From Thermoprotei archaeon (lineage in GTDB: Archaea; Thermoproteota; Thermoprotei; Gearchaeales; Gearchaeaceae): 64,000 nucleotides of DNA. The DNA is taken from assembly GCA_017857595.1 (NCBI GenBank), contig JAFMCU010000006.1:10364-74363 (forward strand), given 5' to 3'. Below, piece by piece: positions 48,382-59,061 of this stretch. Below the pieces are notes generated by a model. The model had not been told where the DNA came from, ran no database searches, and saw only the letters and a list, made by a program, of their open reading frames with translations. Positions within the stretch are counted from its first letter, which is position 1. Each line of letters opens with the position of its first letter. The position numbers and the translations under genes are program-made.

Positions 48382-48730
48382 TCTTTTCTTCTAAAATTAC
48401 ACAATTGATTAAAACTGTATCTTCAGTTACAGTATTTCCTCTTACCATTTTCCTTTTCCTCAATCCCTCTTTTTTTGGCTTAAAGCCTATTCCCTTTGTC
48501 ATTATCACAGATTTTTTTACACCCCCTGGTATGGAGCCAATCATAGTAAAACCTGAACTATCAGAACCTCCTGTAATTTTTAATTTTACACCTTTCAACC
48601 CTAAAATTACGCCATCAAATTCATCTCCTATTTTCAAACCTATCAATGACCTAGCTTGCTGATCTTTTACAATATATACTTTAGATGTCCCATCTTTTGG
48701 ATTAGATACATTAACTTTAAATTCAGGCAT
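48374..48730 (-). CDS. rps6e: 30S ribosomal protein eS6
   Basis: LKITGGSD..GF, RKRKMVRG. Confidence 0.96.
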   Translation of the reverse strand: MPEFKVNVSNPKDGTSKVYIVKDQQARSLIGLKIGDEFDGVILGLKGVKLKITGGSDSSGFTMIGSIPGGVKKSVIMTKGIGFKPKKEGLRKRKMVRGNTVTEDTVLINCVILEEKNV

Positions 48731-48770
48731 ATTGAGTATTTTGTTAAAAAATCAATATATCTTTGTCGTT

Positions 48771-50528
48771 TTAAGGCATTTTTCCCAAAGATATTTTTTC
48801 AAGATAATTAATCTCTTCTTCTAAAAATTCACTTTTATATTTATTTAAAAGATATTTTGCATCCTCTCTGCTAATGTGAACATACAAAACATCACCCTCA
48901 AAAATATTTCTTCCTACATTAGCTTCTCCTTTAATGGATATAGCAACTGCCATACCTTTCTTTGCTTCATTAATTGGTTTACCTTGATCTTGTATTTGCA
49001 TAACAGTTCCTACAATTTTGCCAGCTTTATTCATAAGAATATATCCAGGTTTAATTTTACCCAGCAATATTTCTACACCTACGATTGCAGGTTCACTTCT
49101 CCTAAAAACGTAACCTGGCAATATTCTTAACATTCCAGGATAAGGATATTTTTCAAAATCAGCCTTCTTTTCTTCTTCTTTTATTTTATTTACATACTCT
49201 TCATAAGATTCAATTAGCTTGTAAATGATCGGTTCTTTGATCAATTTTATACCCTTTTCAAGCATTTCTTTTTCAGCTTCGGACAATATTTTTACATTGA
49301 AGGCGAGAATAACGCCATAAATCTTATTTATTTCTTTCGATATTGATGCTTCTAATACATCGCTCTTTGTAACAGGTCCAATATCTGCATATCTTACTGG
49401 AATTCCATAGGATTTTAAATATGAAGTTAGCGCTTCAAGAACTCCTAATGTATCTGTTTTAACAACTATACCTTCTTTATCTGATCTTATTTTTATAGAA
49501 CCAACTTCTTCTTCTATCTTTTTAATTACATCTTTATAATTTTCTTCATATACTGAATAAATGGGAGATCCTGTTATAGCTTTTTCAAGGTTTTCAGCAA
49601 CAATTTTTACTCCAGCAGCTGCAACAACCTCTTCTACACTCAAGAATTTATCTTCAGGAGCGCGCATTTCATCTAAAGGTTTAGGCATTAAGATGGCTTT
49701 TACTTTAGTGGTAATTATACCATCAGTACCAGCAAGAACTATCGTATCTCCCTTTTTAAGAATACCGTTGAATATTATAGAATCAACCGTCGTTCCTAGA
49801 CCTACTTCTTGCTTTATTTCAAGTACAACACCGCTAGCAGGACCTTCAGTATAAGCCAATCTACTTTTTAGATAATTCTGACAGATACCACTTATCAAAA
49901 GTAGTAATTCAGAAATACCTATACCATATGTTGCACTCGTGGGTACAATTGGAACAGTCTTTGTAAAATCCCTTACTCTATCGAATCTTTCAGATTGAAA
50001 GCCTAATTTAGATAAATTACTAACCAGCTCATAAATTTTATAATCTAATCTTTCCTTCGTTCTTTCATCCTGTTCATTGAAAGATTCTAAAAATGAATAC
50101 GTTTCTTTTGGATTCCAACCTTCCAACCTGTCTAGCTTATTAAATGCTATTACAAAGGGTACATTTCTAGATTTTAAAATTTCTAAGCTTTCATATGTTT
50201 GCTTTTCCAATCCCTTTAATATATCTACGACTAAAATTGCCATGTCTGCAACAGAGCCACCTCTTCTTCTTAAATTAGCAAATACTTCATGACCGGGCGT
50301 ATCGATGATAAGTATTCCAGGAATTTCAAGTTTGGCTTTAAACTTAACCATTAAATTCGATGAAAGCTTTTCAATAACTTGAACCGGTAAAAATGAAGCC
50401 CCAATATGCTGAGTCATACCACCTGCCTCTTTTAATTGAACAGCTGTACCTCTAATTTTATCCAATAACGTAGTCTTGCCTACATCAACATGACCCAAAA
50501 CGGTTAAAATAGGTTGCCTAATTCTCAT
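48771..50528 (-). CDS. infB: Translation initiation factor aIF5B (IF2)
   Basis: RQPI..LGHVDVGKT, EAGGMTQHIGA, DTPGHE, NKLD. Confidence 0.97.
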   Translation of the reverse strand: MRIRQPILTVLGHVDVGKTTLLDKIRGTAVQLKEAGGMTQHIGASFLPVQVIEKLSSNLMVKFKAKLEIPGILIIDTPGHEVFANLRRRGGSVADMAILVVDILKGLEKQTYESLEILKSRNVPFVIAFNKLDRLEGWNPKETYSFLESFNEQDERTKERLDYKIYELVSNLSKLGFQSERFDRVRDFTKTVPIVPTSATYGIGISELLLLISGICQNYLKSRLAYTEGPASGVVLEIKQEVGLGTTVDSIIFNGILKKGDTIVLAGTDGIITTKVKAILMPKPLDEMRAPEDKFLSVEEVVAAAGVKIVAENLEKAITGSPIYSVYEENYKDVIKKIEEEVGSIKIRSDKEGIVVKTDTLGVLEALTSYLKSYGIPVRYADIGPVTKSDVLEASISKEINKIYGVILAFNVKILSEAEKEMLEKGIKLIKEPIIYKLIESYEEYVNKIKEEEKKADFEKYPYPGMLRILPGYVFRRSEPAIVGVEILLGKIKPGYILMNKAGKIVGTVMQIQDQGKPINEAKKGMAVAISIKGEANVGRNIFEGDVLYVHISREDAKYLLNKYKSEFLEEEINYLEKISLGKMP

Positions 50529-50567
50529 GAATAGAAGAAAATTGTTTTAAAAAGAAATTAAATTTAT

Positions 50568-50753
50568 TTATTTTTGTTTAGCGTAAAAAGAAGCCCACTT
50601 AAATTTTATAGGATTTCGCCCCAAAATAGTCCTATTCTTTCTACATTTACTAGAACAAAAATAAAGAACGCTGCCGTCATTTTTCACAAATAGCATACCC
50701 TTACCCTTGGGAAACTTTTTCCCACAAAAACTGCAACTGTATTCTGTAACCAT
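50568..50753 (-). CDS. rpl24e: 50S ribosomal protein eL24
   Basis: CSFCG, GKG, FCSSKC, W. Confidence 0.96.
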   Translation of the reverse strand: MVTEYSCSFCGKKFPKGKGMLFVKNDGSVLYFCSSKCRKNRTILGRNPIKFKWASFYAKQK

Positions 50754-50965
50754 TACCTTGGAACCAACTTCTTTGCTTCTCTTTCAGTTTCTCTTAACAT
50801 TAATATATCGCCAACTCTTACAGGACCCATAACATTCCTCGTCAATACTCTACCTTTATCCTTTCCTTCCAGTATTCTTACTCTCACTTGTGTAACTTCA
50901 CCTCCTACGCCTGTTTTTCCGATTATTTGAACAACCTCTGCTGGTGTTGAGTCTTGAGAACTCAT
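50753..50965 (-). CDS. rps28e: 30S ribosomal protein eS28
   Basis: [25 protein letters not shown]. Confidence 0.97.
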   Translation of the reverse strand: MSSQDSTPAEVVQIIGKTGVGGEVTQVRVRILEGKDKGRVLTRNVMGPVRVGDILMLRETEREAKKLVPR

Positions 50966-50975
50966 TATTTAATTA

Positions 50976-51455
50976 TCATTCTTTCTTTTCAGCTTTAGCT
51001 TTACCTTTTTTAGGCTTTTCTTCCTTTTTTTGTTCTTCAACTTTTTCTGCTTGAGATGGTTGTTCCTTAGGGGCTAGCTTTGCCCTTAAATCTGAAAAGG
51101 CTGATACCAAATCATCATATAAAGATTTACCATCACCTACTTCAAGGACAGCAACTGAACTTGCTGAAACATTTATTCCTGCAACTTCTCCCAATTTTTT
51201 CTTATCAGGAACATAAAGATACGGTATGTTTTTTTCCTCACATATTAAAGGTAAATGTGCAACAATTTCTGGTGGATCAACATTTTCAGCAAGAACAACA
51301 AATTTTGCAAGACCCCTTTCCACAGATTTTGTAGTTTCATTTACACCTTTCTTTATTTTTCCAGTTTCTCTGCTAACTCTTACAAATTCATATATTTTTT
51401 CATGCAAATCCTGCGGCACTTCAAATCTAACATACATAGGTTTTTTAGACGTCAT
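50976..51455 (-). CDS. rpl7ae: Ribosomal protein L7Ae (eL8) with charged C-terminal extension
   Basis: KKGVNETTK, AENVDPPEIVAHLP, LGEVAG. Confidence 0.96.
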   Translation of the reverse strand: MTSKKPMYVRFEVPQDLHEKIYEFVRVSRETGKIKKGVNETTKSVERGLAKFVVLAENVDPPEIVAHLPLICEEKNIPYLYVPDKKKLGEVAGINVSASSVAVLEVGDGKSLYDDLVSAFSDLRAKLAPKEQPSQAEKVEEQKKEEKPKKGKAKAEKKE

Positions 51456-51510
51456 CTTTTAAATCCGTGATTATCTTTACTTTCTATTATATATTTAAAT
51501 TTAACTAATA

Positions 51511-53298
51511 TCAATTGTGAGTATAATAGAAAATGACCTTATCATCTTGGAATTCATCCAATTTTACAAAACCAAATCTTAAAAATTGAATTACTGTGCC
51601 AATTTTTATATTTTGAATTTCTTTTTCGACATATCCTTTAATAAACTTTTTGTCAAATACAAATGAAGGGCATTTAACAACAGCATCCAATTTAAATTCA
51701 TCATAGACCCACTGAACAAAATTTAAAGATTTATTTCTTGCATAATCAACAGTTTGGTCATCAATAAACTCTGCAAAAGATTTTTCATCTTTACTATATA
51801 TTTTTACATTTCCTAGCTCTATCAGCCTTATTTCATCTTTATAATCTGATTTAGAAATGTAAAGTTTAATAATACCATTCTTTGGAGTTAGTTTTAATTC
51901 ATAGTATTCAGTTTTTGAAGGATGCAGTTGTCTTTTAACAATTATTTCTTTATCATGAATTAAGTTCAACTCTACAGGATCGCTTACAAAAAAATACCTA
52001 TTTGCTATAGCATCTATTTTCTTACGATTTATTGCATAAATATTCTCTAAGCTTATTTTTGCTTCAACAGGCTTAATGCCAAGTTCTAGTATAACTTCTC
52101 TAATAGTATCAGGTAAGAAGCCACGCTTTCTAAAAGATAAAATTGTAGCTAAGTCAGGATCGCTATAGCCTTCATAAATTCCCTCTTTTATCATGGCATT
52201 TATCTTAGTTTTAGAAAGTACTATATTTTCAAAGTTTATTCTTCCATAATGGATTGATTCTGGTTCTTGCCAGTTCATATGCTTATAAATATAGCTTTGT
52301 TTTAGAGCATTTATCATGTGCTCCTTGGCTCTAAATACATGTGTTATACCCATCATATGGTCATCGACACTCACAGAGAAATTATATGTTGGCCAAAAAC
52401 TTGGTTTATATCCTAAATAGCCCACTATTTTTTCCATTCTTGGATGCGGGAATAAGTTTGGATTGACATGCCTGAAGGCAATCCAGTCTCTCACACTGGG
52501 ATTTGAATGCTTAATGTCTGTTTTTATTCTAAGAACAGGCGGATTTTTAAGATCCAAAAATTCTCCTCTTATACATTTCTCGAAATATTCAAGACTTTCT
52601 TCAGGACTTTGAATTCTATGCTCGCATGCTAACGCATTACTTCTAAAATTCTTTATTTTTTCTGAATCACAAAAGCAAATGTAAGCAAAGTTATTTTTTA
52701 ACAATTCCTTTGCTATATCATAGTAAATCTTTAATCTATCAGATTGAATATATATTTCATCGGGATAAATAAAAAGCCACTCAAGGTCTTTAATAATATA
52801 TTCATAATCTAATTTCTCTCCTTCGAATAGATGCAAAATAGGCTTTTTTGTTCTAGGATCTGTATCTTCAAATCTTAAAATGAATTTTCCGTTGTATTTT
52901 TTAGCGTATTCATAGGAAAGCAAAGCAGCTCTTATATTGCCTAAATGTAATGGTCCGTCTGGATTTGGTGCAAATCTTGTAACTATTTTACTATATTTTT
53001 CAGCATTAGGTAAGGGCGGTAACTCAAATTTTTTAAGTTCTATTTTTTCCTCTTTTAGTTCTTCTGGATATTTTGAAATTAAATAATTGTATTGTTCTTC
53101 TAAAGTCATCGAATTAACCTTAGAAACGATCTCATCGACCTTTGGTAAGTATTCCCTTATTCTAGCCTTTATATCAGGATATTTAAACAATACTTTCCGA
53201 ATAACTACTTGAGTTGCAGCTTTACCATTATGCTTATATGCATTAGATAAGGCTTTTTTAAATATATACTCCTCTAATTCTTTATCGTTTGCCATCAA
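51511..53298 (-). CDS. gltX: Glutamate--tRNA ligase
   Basis: TRFAPNP, HLGN, RFEDTDP, LSKT, QFLRFGF. Confidence 0.96.
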   Translation of the reverse strand: MMANDKELEEYIFKKALSNAYKHNGKAATQVVIRKVLFKYPDIKARIREYLPKVDEIVSKVNSMTLEEQYNYLISKYPEELKEEKIELKKFELPPLPNAEKYSKIVTRFAPNPDGPLHLGNIRAALLSYEYAKKYNGKFILRFEDTDPRTKKPILHLFEGEKLDYEYIIKDLEWLFIYPDEIYIQSDRLKIYYDIAKELLKNNFAYICFCDSEKIKNFRSNALACEHRIQSPEESLEYFEKCIRGEFLDLKNPPVLRIKTDIKHSNPSVRDWIAFRHVNPNLFPHPRMEKIVGYLGYKPSFWPTYNFSVSVDDHMMGITHVFRAKEHMINALKQSYIYKHMNWQEPESIHYGRINFENIVLSKTKINAMIKEGIYEGYSDPDLATILSFRKRGFLPDTIREVILELGIKPVEAKISLENIYAINRKKIDAIANRYFFVSDPVELNLIHDKEIIVKRQLHPSKTEYYELKLTPKNGIIKLYISKSDYKDEIRLIELGNVKIYSKDEKSFAEFIDDQTVDYARNKSLNFVQWVYDEFKLDAVVKCPSFVFDKKFIKGYVEKEIQNIKIGTVIQFLRFGFVKLDEFQDDKVIFYYTHN

Positions 53299-54296
53299 TA
53301 ATTTCTCTCAACTAAAAATTCACCGAATGAACGTAGGAATTCTGCTAAGTCTTGTTTTAAGCCTTTTAAATGTTGATTAGCTAAATTTAAATAATAATTT
53401 GATTTTTTAATCGCAAATTCATCACAGCCCATATTTTTAAAAGAAGCGATTAACTGCCTAATTTCTTCTTCTCTCGCATTTGGATTTCCTAGAATAGAGA
53501 GTATCATTTTCCTCAATTCAGCATTACCTTTCTTCATTGCATAGATTACTATTAAGGTTTTTTTACCTTCTTTCAAATCATTTCCTACAGGCTTACCTGT
53601 TATTTTTTCATCTCCGAAGGTTCCTAGAATATCATCTTTTATTTGGAAAGCAATTCCAGCGTATCTAGCAAATTTCCTTATCTGCTCTATTTCTTTTTGC
53701 TTCGCATTGCCGATTATAGCTCCCATTACACAACTAGCTTCAAAAAGAGCTGAAGTTTTATTTTGAATCATCTTTATTGTTTTCCTATAATCAAATATGC
53801 TATTTTTCGCTAGATAAATATCAAGACCTTGCCCGATCGCAAGACTTTCTGTAGCTATAGATAATTCTTTATAACATTGAGTTATTCGAGATTTAGGAAT
53901 AAAATTCTTCAAAAAATATAGTGATTTGAAGGCTAGAGCGAATAAAAGATCACCAGAAAGTATCGCGAAATCTAATCCATATGCTTCATGTACTGTTGGT
54001 TTCCCGTGCCTAAACTTATCTTTATCCATAATATCATCATGTATTAGACTAAAATTGTGAACAAGTTCAACAGATAATGCAGCTGGAAAAGATTTTTGGT
54101 TATCTAATCCGTAATAAGAAGAAATTTTGGATAAGACGTAAGGCCTTAACCTTTTTCCTCCGTTTATTAATATATGCAGAGAAGAATTTTTGAGAATTTG
54201 CGGTTCAATATTATTAAAGAAACTAACCAATTTTTCATTAAAAAATTTAGCATAATCCTTAATTTCGTTAATATTGATCGACATTTTTTTATTCAA
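53295..54296 (-). CDS. idsA: Polyprenyl (GGPP) synthase
   Basis: GGKRLRP, HDDIMD, KT, FQIKDD, GKK. Confidence 0.93.
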   Translation of the reverse strand: MNKKMSININEIKDYAKFFNEKLVSFFNNIEPQILKNSSLHILINGGKRLRPYVLSKISSYYGLDNQKSFPAALSVELVHNFSLIHDDIMDKDKFRHGKPTVHEAYGLDFAILSGDLLFALAFKSLYFLKNFIPKSRITQCYKELSIATESLAIGQGLDIYLAKNSIFDYRKTIKMIQNKTSALFEASCVMGAIIGNAKQKEIEQIRKFARYAGIAFQIKDDILGTFGDEKITGKPVGNDLKEGKKTLIVIYAMKKGNAELRKMILSILGNPNAREEEIRQLIASFKNMGCDEFAIKKSNYYLNLANQHLKGLKQDLAEFLRSFGEFLVERNY

Positions 54297-54300
54297 TTGC

Positions 54301-55077
54301 CTAATATATTTCTGTTCCTATATAATCTTCATTTCTTAATACTCTCATTAGCATATTATGATAGAAACCATTGATGAATATTGATTTTATTCCCATATTT
54401 GCAGCTTCATATGCAACTAATAATTTATTAACAACACCTCCAGTTACATCATCTCCTTTAGAAAAATTGGAAATAAGTCTTTTAACTTCCTCTTTACTAA
54501 TTTTTTTAATTAATTTTGCATCATTATGCTTTTTAGGATCTTTATCATAAATACCCATTGTATCCATGCAAAAAACTATTTTTCTTGCTGAAATAATTTT
54601 AGCTAACTCTAAGCAAATCTGATCACCTGAGAGTATTCTACAACCTTTTTCTTCATCAAACACTACATCGCCATAGAGCAAAGGTATATATCCTTTATTT
54701 ATTGCATCCAATATAGGTTTAGAATGAAATACGTTGATTTCATCCCCTTTAGTAGAAAAAATATCTATGGGCGAAATTTGTATAACAGGAACGCCATGAT
54801 TTATCAAGGATTTTGCAACGATTAAATTTAGTCTTCTCATTTCCATTTCTAAAATCGATAAACCAATTTTGATTCTTGGCAATCCAATATGTATTGCATA
54901 CTTTTTTGCAATGTAATGACCGAATGAGCCTCCTCCATGAACAATACATAAATTTAAATCGTTGCAAACACTTGATATTTGGCTTGATAAATTGTTAATG
55001 GTCTCTATTCTTTCCTTTAAAGGTTCGTCTTTTTTTGTTATAACAGATCCACCTAATTTTATAACAACAGATTCCAC
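54301..55077 (-). CDS. ipk: Isopentenyl phosphate kinase
   Basis: KLGGSVITKK, HGGGSFGH, LSGD, DVTGG. Confidence 0.93.
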   Translation of the reverse strand: MESVVIKLGGSVITKKDEPLKERIETINNLSSQISSVCNDLNLCIVHGGGSFGHYIAKKYAIHIGLPRIKIGLSILEMEMRRLNLIVAKSLINHGVPVIQISPIDIFSTKGDEINVFHSKPILDAINKGYIPLLYGDVVFDEEKGCRILSGDQICLELAKIISARKIVFCMDTMGIYDKDPKKHNDAKLIKKISKEEVKRLISNFSKGDDVTGGVVNKLLVAYEAANMGIKSIFINGFYHNMLMRVLRNEDYIGTEIY

Positions 55078-55131
55078 TCTATAGAATAAATGAAATAGTT
55101 ATTTTTATTTCCATACTTAGAAATATAAATA

Positions 55132-56106
55132 TTGAGCACAGCATTAGCACCTTCAAAAATAATAATTAGCGGTGAGCATTTTGTAGTTGAAGGAGCTCCC
55201 GCACTTGTGGCAGCAATAAATCTGTATGTAGAAGTAAGTGCAGAAGAAAGATATGATAATCATTTAAGAATTGAAACCGATTATGAAGGAAAAAAATTTG
55301 TAATAAAAAGTACATTGAATGAGAAGATATTGGATACAGCAGGTGGAGAGAAGGCTAAAAAATTCCTAAGACCAGTTTTAAGGACTATCAGAAAAACATT
55401 TGAATTTATAGAAAAATCTGAGGGAATGAATGTTTATATTTATTCTAAAATACCTCCATCTTCAGGTTTAGGCTCTAGTGCTGCTGTTTTTGTAGCAACA
55501 TCAGCTTCAGTTTGTAAAAGATTAACTGGCTTAATTGATAAAGAGATTGTTTGGAAAGCAGCCTTCGAAGGTGAAAGATTAGTTCACAAGGCACCTTCAG
55601 GTGTAGATATAACAATAAGCACTTATGGAGGAATGTTGCTTTATAGAAAAGGAGAAAAGCCTATCATGCTTCAAAAAAGCGGAAAAGCAATATTTTTAAT
55701 TGCAACTGTTGGAAAAAGAGTGCCTACAGGTAAAATTGTGGAAAGAGTCCTTAAGTTAAAATCCGAATTTCCTTCAATAATAAATCCTATTTATATGTCA
55801 GCTAATTATTTACCAATTAAAATAGCTGAATTTTTAAGAAAAGATGACTTATACAATGCTGGTAGACTTATAAATATAAATCATGAACTTTTATCTGCTG
55901 TTGGTGTATCGACACCGAGATTAGATTTTTTTGTAAATCTTTCTAGAAGGAAAGGGGCTTATGGTTCCAAACTGACTGGTGCAGGAGGTGGTGGAGCATT
56001 TTTTGCCTTAGTAGATGATGAAAGAAAAACCAAAGTTTTTAACAGTTTAAGTAAAAGATTGAAAGATGTTTTTGAGGTTACTATAGTTGATGAGGGTGTA
56101 AATTGA
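55132..56106 (+). CDS. mvk: Mevalonate kinase
   Basis: KIIISGEH, PPSSGLGSSAA, PSGVD, KLTGAGGGG. Confidence 0.94.
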   Translation: MSTALAPSKIIISGEHFVVEGAPALVAAINLYVEVSAEERYDNHLRIETDYEGKKFVIKSTLNEKILDTAGGEKAKKFLRPVLRTIRKTFEFIEKSEGMNVYIYSKIPPSSGLGSSAAVFVATSASVCKRLTGLIDKEIVWKAAFEGERLVHKAPSGVDITISTYGGMLLYRKGEKPIMLQKSGKAIFLIATVGKRVPTGKIVERVLKLKSEFPSIINPIYMSANYLPIKIAEFLRKDDLYNAGRLININHELLSAVGVSTPRLDFFVNLSRRKGAYGSKLTGAGGGGAFFALVDDERKTKVFNSLSKRLKDVFEVTIVDEGVN

Positions 56107-56279
56107 ACTTTATATCTTAACCAGTTCACTGTTAGCGTATTAGATTTTTAAAATCTATTAAAAATTAAACAAAATTAATTAAGCTTAAGAAAATAAAGCT
56201 AATAATAGGTCAGGTTAATTATTTTCTAAATATACCATTATAATTGAAAGATTAGTTGACTCTAAAGTAAAATCTAAAT

Positions 56280-57128
56280 TTAGTTATCAGTATATAAGCA
56301 TGCAGATAAATAACCTACTACACTGTCTTTAGGCCCATATGTATCGCCTGAAGTTGCATGAGCTAATATTGTTGATTTTTGACAACCTATTTTCTTTGCA
56401 TAATGTAAAACTGTTGCCGTTGGACACGGTCCACACATTGATATGTTTTTATCTTCTATTACTTTCATTAAATAGGCTTCATCAATCTTCTTCACAGCAT
56501 CAATTACATATTCATCTTTATTGTAAGTAATTTCAATGTTTTCATAATGGTTAAGATCTGTTGATGCGATTACAACAGAATTTGTTCCTTTCAAAACTTT
56601 AGCTAACGCACTACCCAATTCTCTAGCAACTTCTAATGTTTGTAACATTATACAGATAGGGACAAAGTCAAACCTATTGTAAATATATTGTAGGAAAGGT
56701 AATTGAACCTCTATAGAATGTTCATAAAGATGGGCCATGTAATCTGCAGTTAGCATTTTATATTCCTTCATAAGTTTATTTGCTATATCACTGTTTATTT
56801 TAACGCTTCCCAAAGGAGTTTCCCATTCGCCTTCTTTAATAATTGAGACTAGTGCTCCGTATCCTGTATGATTCGGCCCTATTATTACTACTGTTTCTGG
56901 TCTTTCATTTTCTGCAAGCAATTTATATGCATGAGCTGCTATTGGCCCGCTGTAAATATATCCTGCATGAGGAACTATAAAAGCAGGGTATTTTCCTTTA
57001 TATTCTCTTGATAAAAAATTTGGCAGTCCTGGTCCAAGTTTATGTTTAAAGCACTCCTCAATTTGATTCTTAAGTGATTCAGGATTTTTCTCATAAAAGT
57101 ATCCTGCTACAGCACTACTCCTTTTCAT
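56280..57128 (-). CDS. MEMO1 family protein
   Basis: AVAGYFY, PHAGYIYSG, GPNH, EHSIEVQLPF, STDLNH, CG. Confidence 0.94.
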   Translation of the reverse strand: MKRSSAVAGYFYEKNPESLKNQIEECFKHKLGPGLPNFLSREYKGKYPAFIVPHAGYIYSGPIAAHAYKLLAENERPETVVIIGPNHTGYGALVSIIKEGEWETPLGSVKINSDIANKLMKEYKMLTADYMAHLYEHSIEVQLPFLQYIYNRFDFVPICIMLQTLEVARELGSALAKVLKGTNSVVIASTDLNHYENIEITYNKDEYVIDAVKKIDEAYLMKVIEDKNISMCGPCPTATVLHYAKKIGCQKSTILAHATSGDTYGPKDSVVGYLSACLYTDN

Positions 57129-57134
57129 AAAGTA

Positions 57135-57782
57135 TTAAGCAGTTTCTTCTATAAGTTCAGTTTCAAAGTCTTCAATTGAATATTTGAACCGATCTGAAGA
57201 AGTTAACAGACCTCTTTCTTTTAAGATTTGTCTTGCTAATAACCAATAAACAGTAGCTAGTGCTCTTCTACCCTTATTATTACAGGGTATAACTAAATCC
57301 ACATTTGAGCAAGTATGTTCTGTATCACATAATGCAACAACAGGTATGCCAAGCTTGCTTGCTTCATTTACAGCTTGTGCATCGTGAAAAGGATCATTAA
57401 CAAATATTAATTCTGCATGCTTATATTCCTCTAAAGAAGGATTCGTTAATGTCCCTGGGAGAAATCTTGAAGTTATAGCTACAGCGCCTATTATTTCAGC
57501 AAAAAGATTTGCTGGTTTGATTGCGTAAGGTCTTGAAGCTACAACTATTATATTACTTGGTTCATAGAATGACATAAATTTAGCAGCGATCCTAATTCTT
57601 TCATCAATACTTCTTATATCGATTATGTTAATTCCTTCAGGCTTTGTTTTGTAGATAAAATTTCTCATATATTTAGATTTAAATTTTGTGCCTAGAGGTA
57701 GAGCAGCCTGAATATAAATATCGCTTGGTGCTAAAATTAACTGTTCTTCCTTTTTGAAATCGAAGCTTGAAAAATCTGACAT
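57135..57782 (-). CDS. rps2: 30S ribosomal protein uS2
   Basis: RFLPGTLTN, DP..D.QA..EA, IPCNNKG. Confidence 0.96.
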   Translation of the reverse strand: MSDFSSFDFKKEEQLILAPSDIYIQAALPLGTKFKSKYMRNFIYKTKPEGINIIDIRSIDERIRIAAKFMSFYEPSNIIVVASRPYAIKPANLFAEIIGAVAITSRFLPGTLTNPSLEEYKHAELIFVNDPFHDAQAVNEASKLGIPVVALCDTEHTCSNVDLVIPCNNKGRRALATVYWLLARQILKERGLLTSSDRFKYSIEDFETELIEETA

Positions 57783-57792
57783 AATACAAAAA

Positions 57793-59058
57793 TTATTTGG
57801 CTAAGCTACTTATATAATTATTCAATTTTGCCTTATAACCAAGATATTCTTCTATTCTTATTAGTTCATTAAGTTTGGCCATTCTTTCACCACCGATAGT
57901 ACCTGTCTTTATCAAAGGAGAATCGAAAGCCGTTGCTAAATGAGATATAAAATTATCTTCCGTTTCTCCTGAACGATGTGAAACTACTATTTGAATGCTA
58001 TTTTGCTTTGCAAACTCGATCGTCTCTATGATACGGGAAACAGTTCCTACTTGATTGGGTTTTATTATTATACCATTGGTCGCGTTAAAATCAATCCCTT
58101 TTCTTAACCTCTCCTTATTAGATGCATAAATATCATCGCCCACTATAAGTAAATTCTTAAAATCTTTCCTCAAGTTTGCAAAATCTTCAAATGAGTCTTC
58201 TTCAAAAGGGTCCTCGATATATGTAATCTCAAATTCTTCTATTAAGTTACACACATACTTATAATGCTGATCTTTATTCAAATTCATTCTTTCAAGCTTA
58301 TAGTTATATGTTTTATTTTGTTTATCATAAAAAGTAGAAGCTGCAAAGTCTAGTCCAATAATGAACTCAAATCCCTTTTCATTTTTAACCTGCAAAATTG
58401 CCTTCCTTACAACTTCTAAAGCTTTTCTATTTCCAACTCTAGTTATCCAAGCGCCTTCATCATTTTTTCCCCCGCTAAAATACATATCCTCTTTACTTAG
58501 AATTTGAAAACATTTTTTATGTACAAGCACATTAGCCTCGATTGACTGTTTTAAATTTTCTGCGTTTTTACATGCAACCAGTATTTCTTGTATATCGATA
58601 GATAATCCCCTTGCATGCTTACCTCCTCCTACGACATTTCCCAAAGGAATTGGTAAAAGATAATTTACTTTATTTTTAATTACCTCAAAAACTTGCTTTT
58701 CTATTAAAGATGAATAGGCTTTAAGATTTGCCATCGAGACAGAAAGTATATTGACTGCACCATAATTTGAAAGATTATTAGTTCCATCTATTTCTATTAA
58801 GTTTCTATCAATTTCTTCCTGATTAGCTGTATCTTTACCTATTAATTTGTTTTTAGCAATTTCATTGAAAAGTTTAACCTTTTCTTCGAAATTTCCTTCA
58901 GGTACATTCCTTACCTCATATGAACCTGTACTCATTCCTGAAGGACATGATGCTATTCCTTTACTTTTTTTTGTAAAAATTGTAGATTCTACAGTTTTAT
59001 CTCCCCTGCTATCAAATATTATTCTATGCTTTAAATCGATAATATCAGAATCTTTCAT
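57793..59058 (-). CDS. eno: Enolase
   Basis: DSRG, PSG.STG, DEG, IEDP, VGDD, IKPNQ, SHRSGET. Confidence 0.96.
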   Translation of the reverse strand: MKDSDIIDLKHRIIFDSRGDKTVESTIFTKKSKGIASCPSGMSTGSYEVRNVPEGNFEEKVKLFNEIAKNKLIGKDTANQEEIDRNLIEIDGTNNLSNYGAVNILSVSMANLKAYSSLIEKQVFEVIKNKVNYLLPIPLGNVVGGGKHARGLSIDIQEILVACKNAENLKQSIEANVLVHKKCFQILSKEDMYFSGGKNDEGAWITRVGNRKALEVVRKAILQVKNEKGFEFIIGLDFAASTFYDKQNKTYNYKLERMNLNKDQHYKYVCNLIEEFEITYIEDPFEEDSFEDFANLRKDFKNLLIVGDDIYASNKERLRKGIDFNATNGIIIKPNQVGTVSRIIETIEFAKQNSIQIVVSHRSGETEDNFISHLATAFDSPLIKTGTIGGERMAKLNELIRIEEYLGYKAKLNNYISSLAK

Positions 59059-59061
59059 AAA

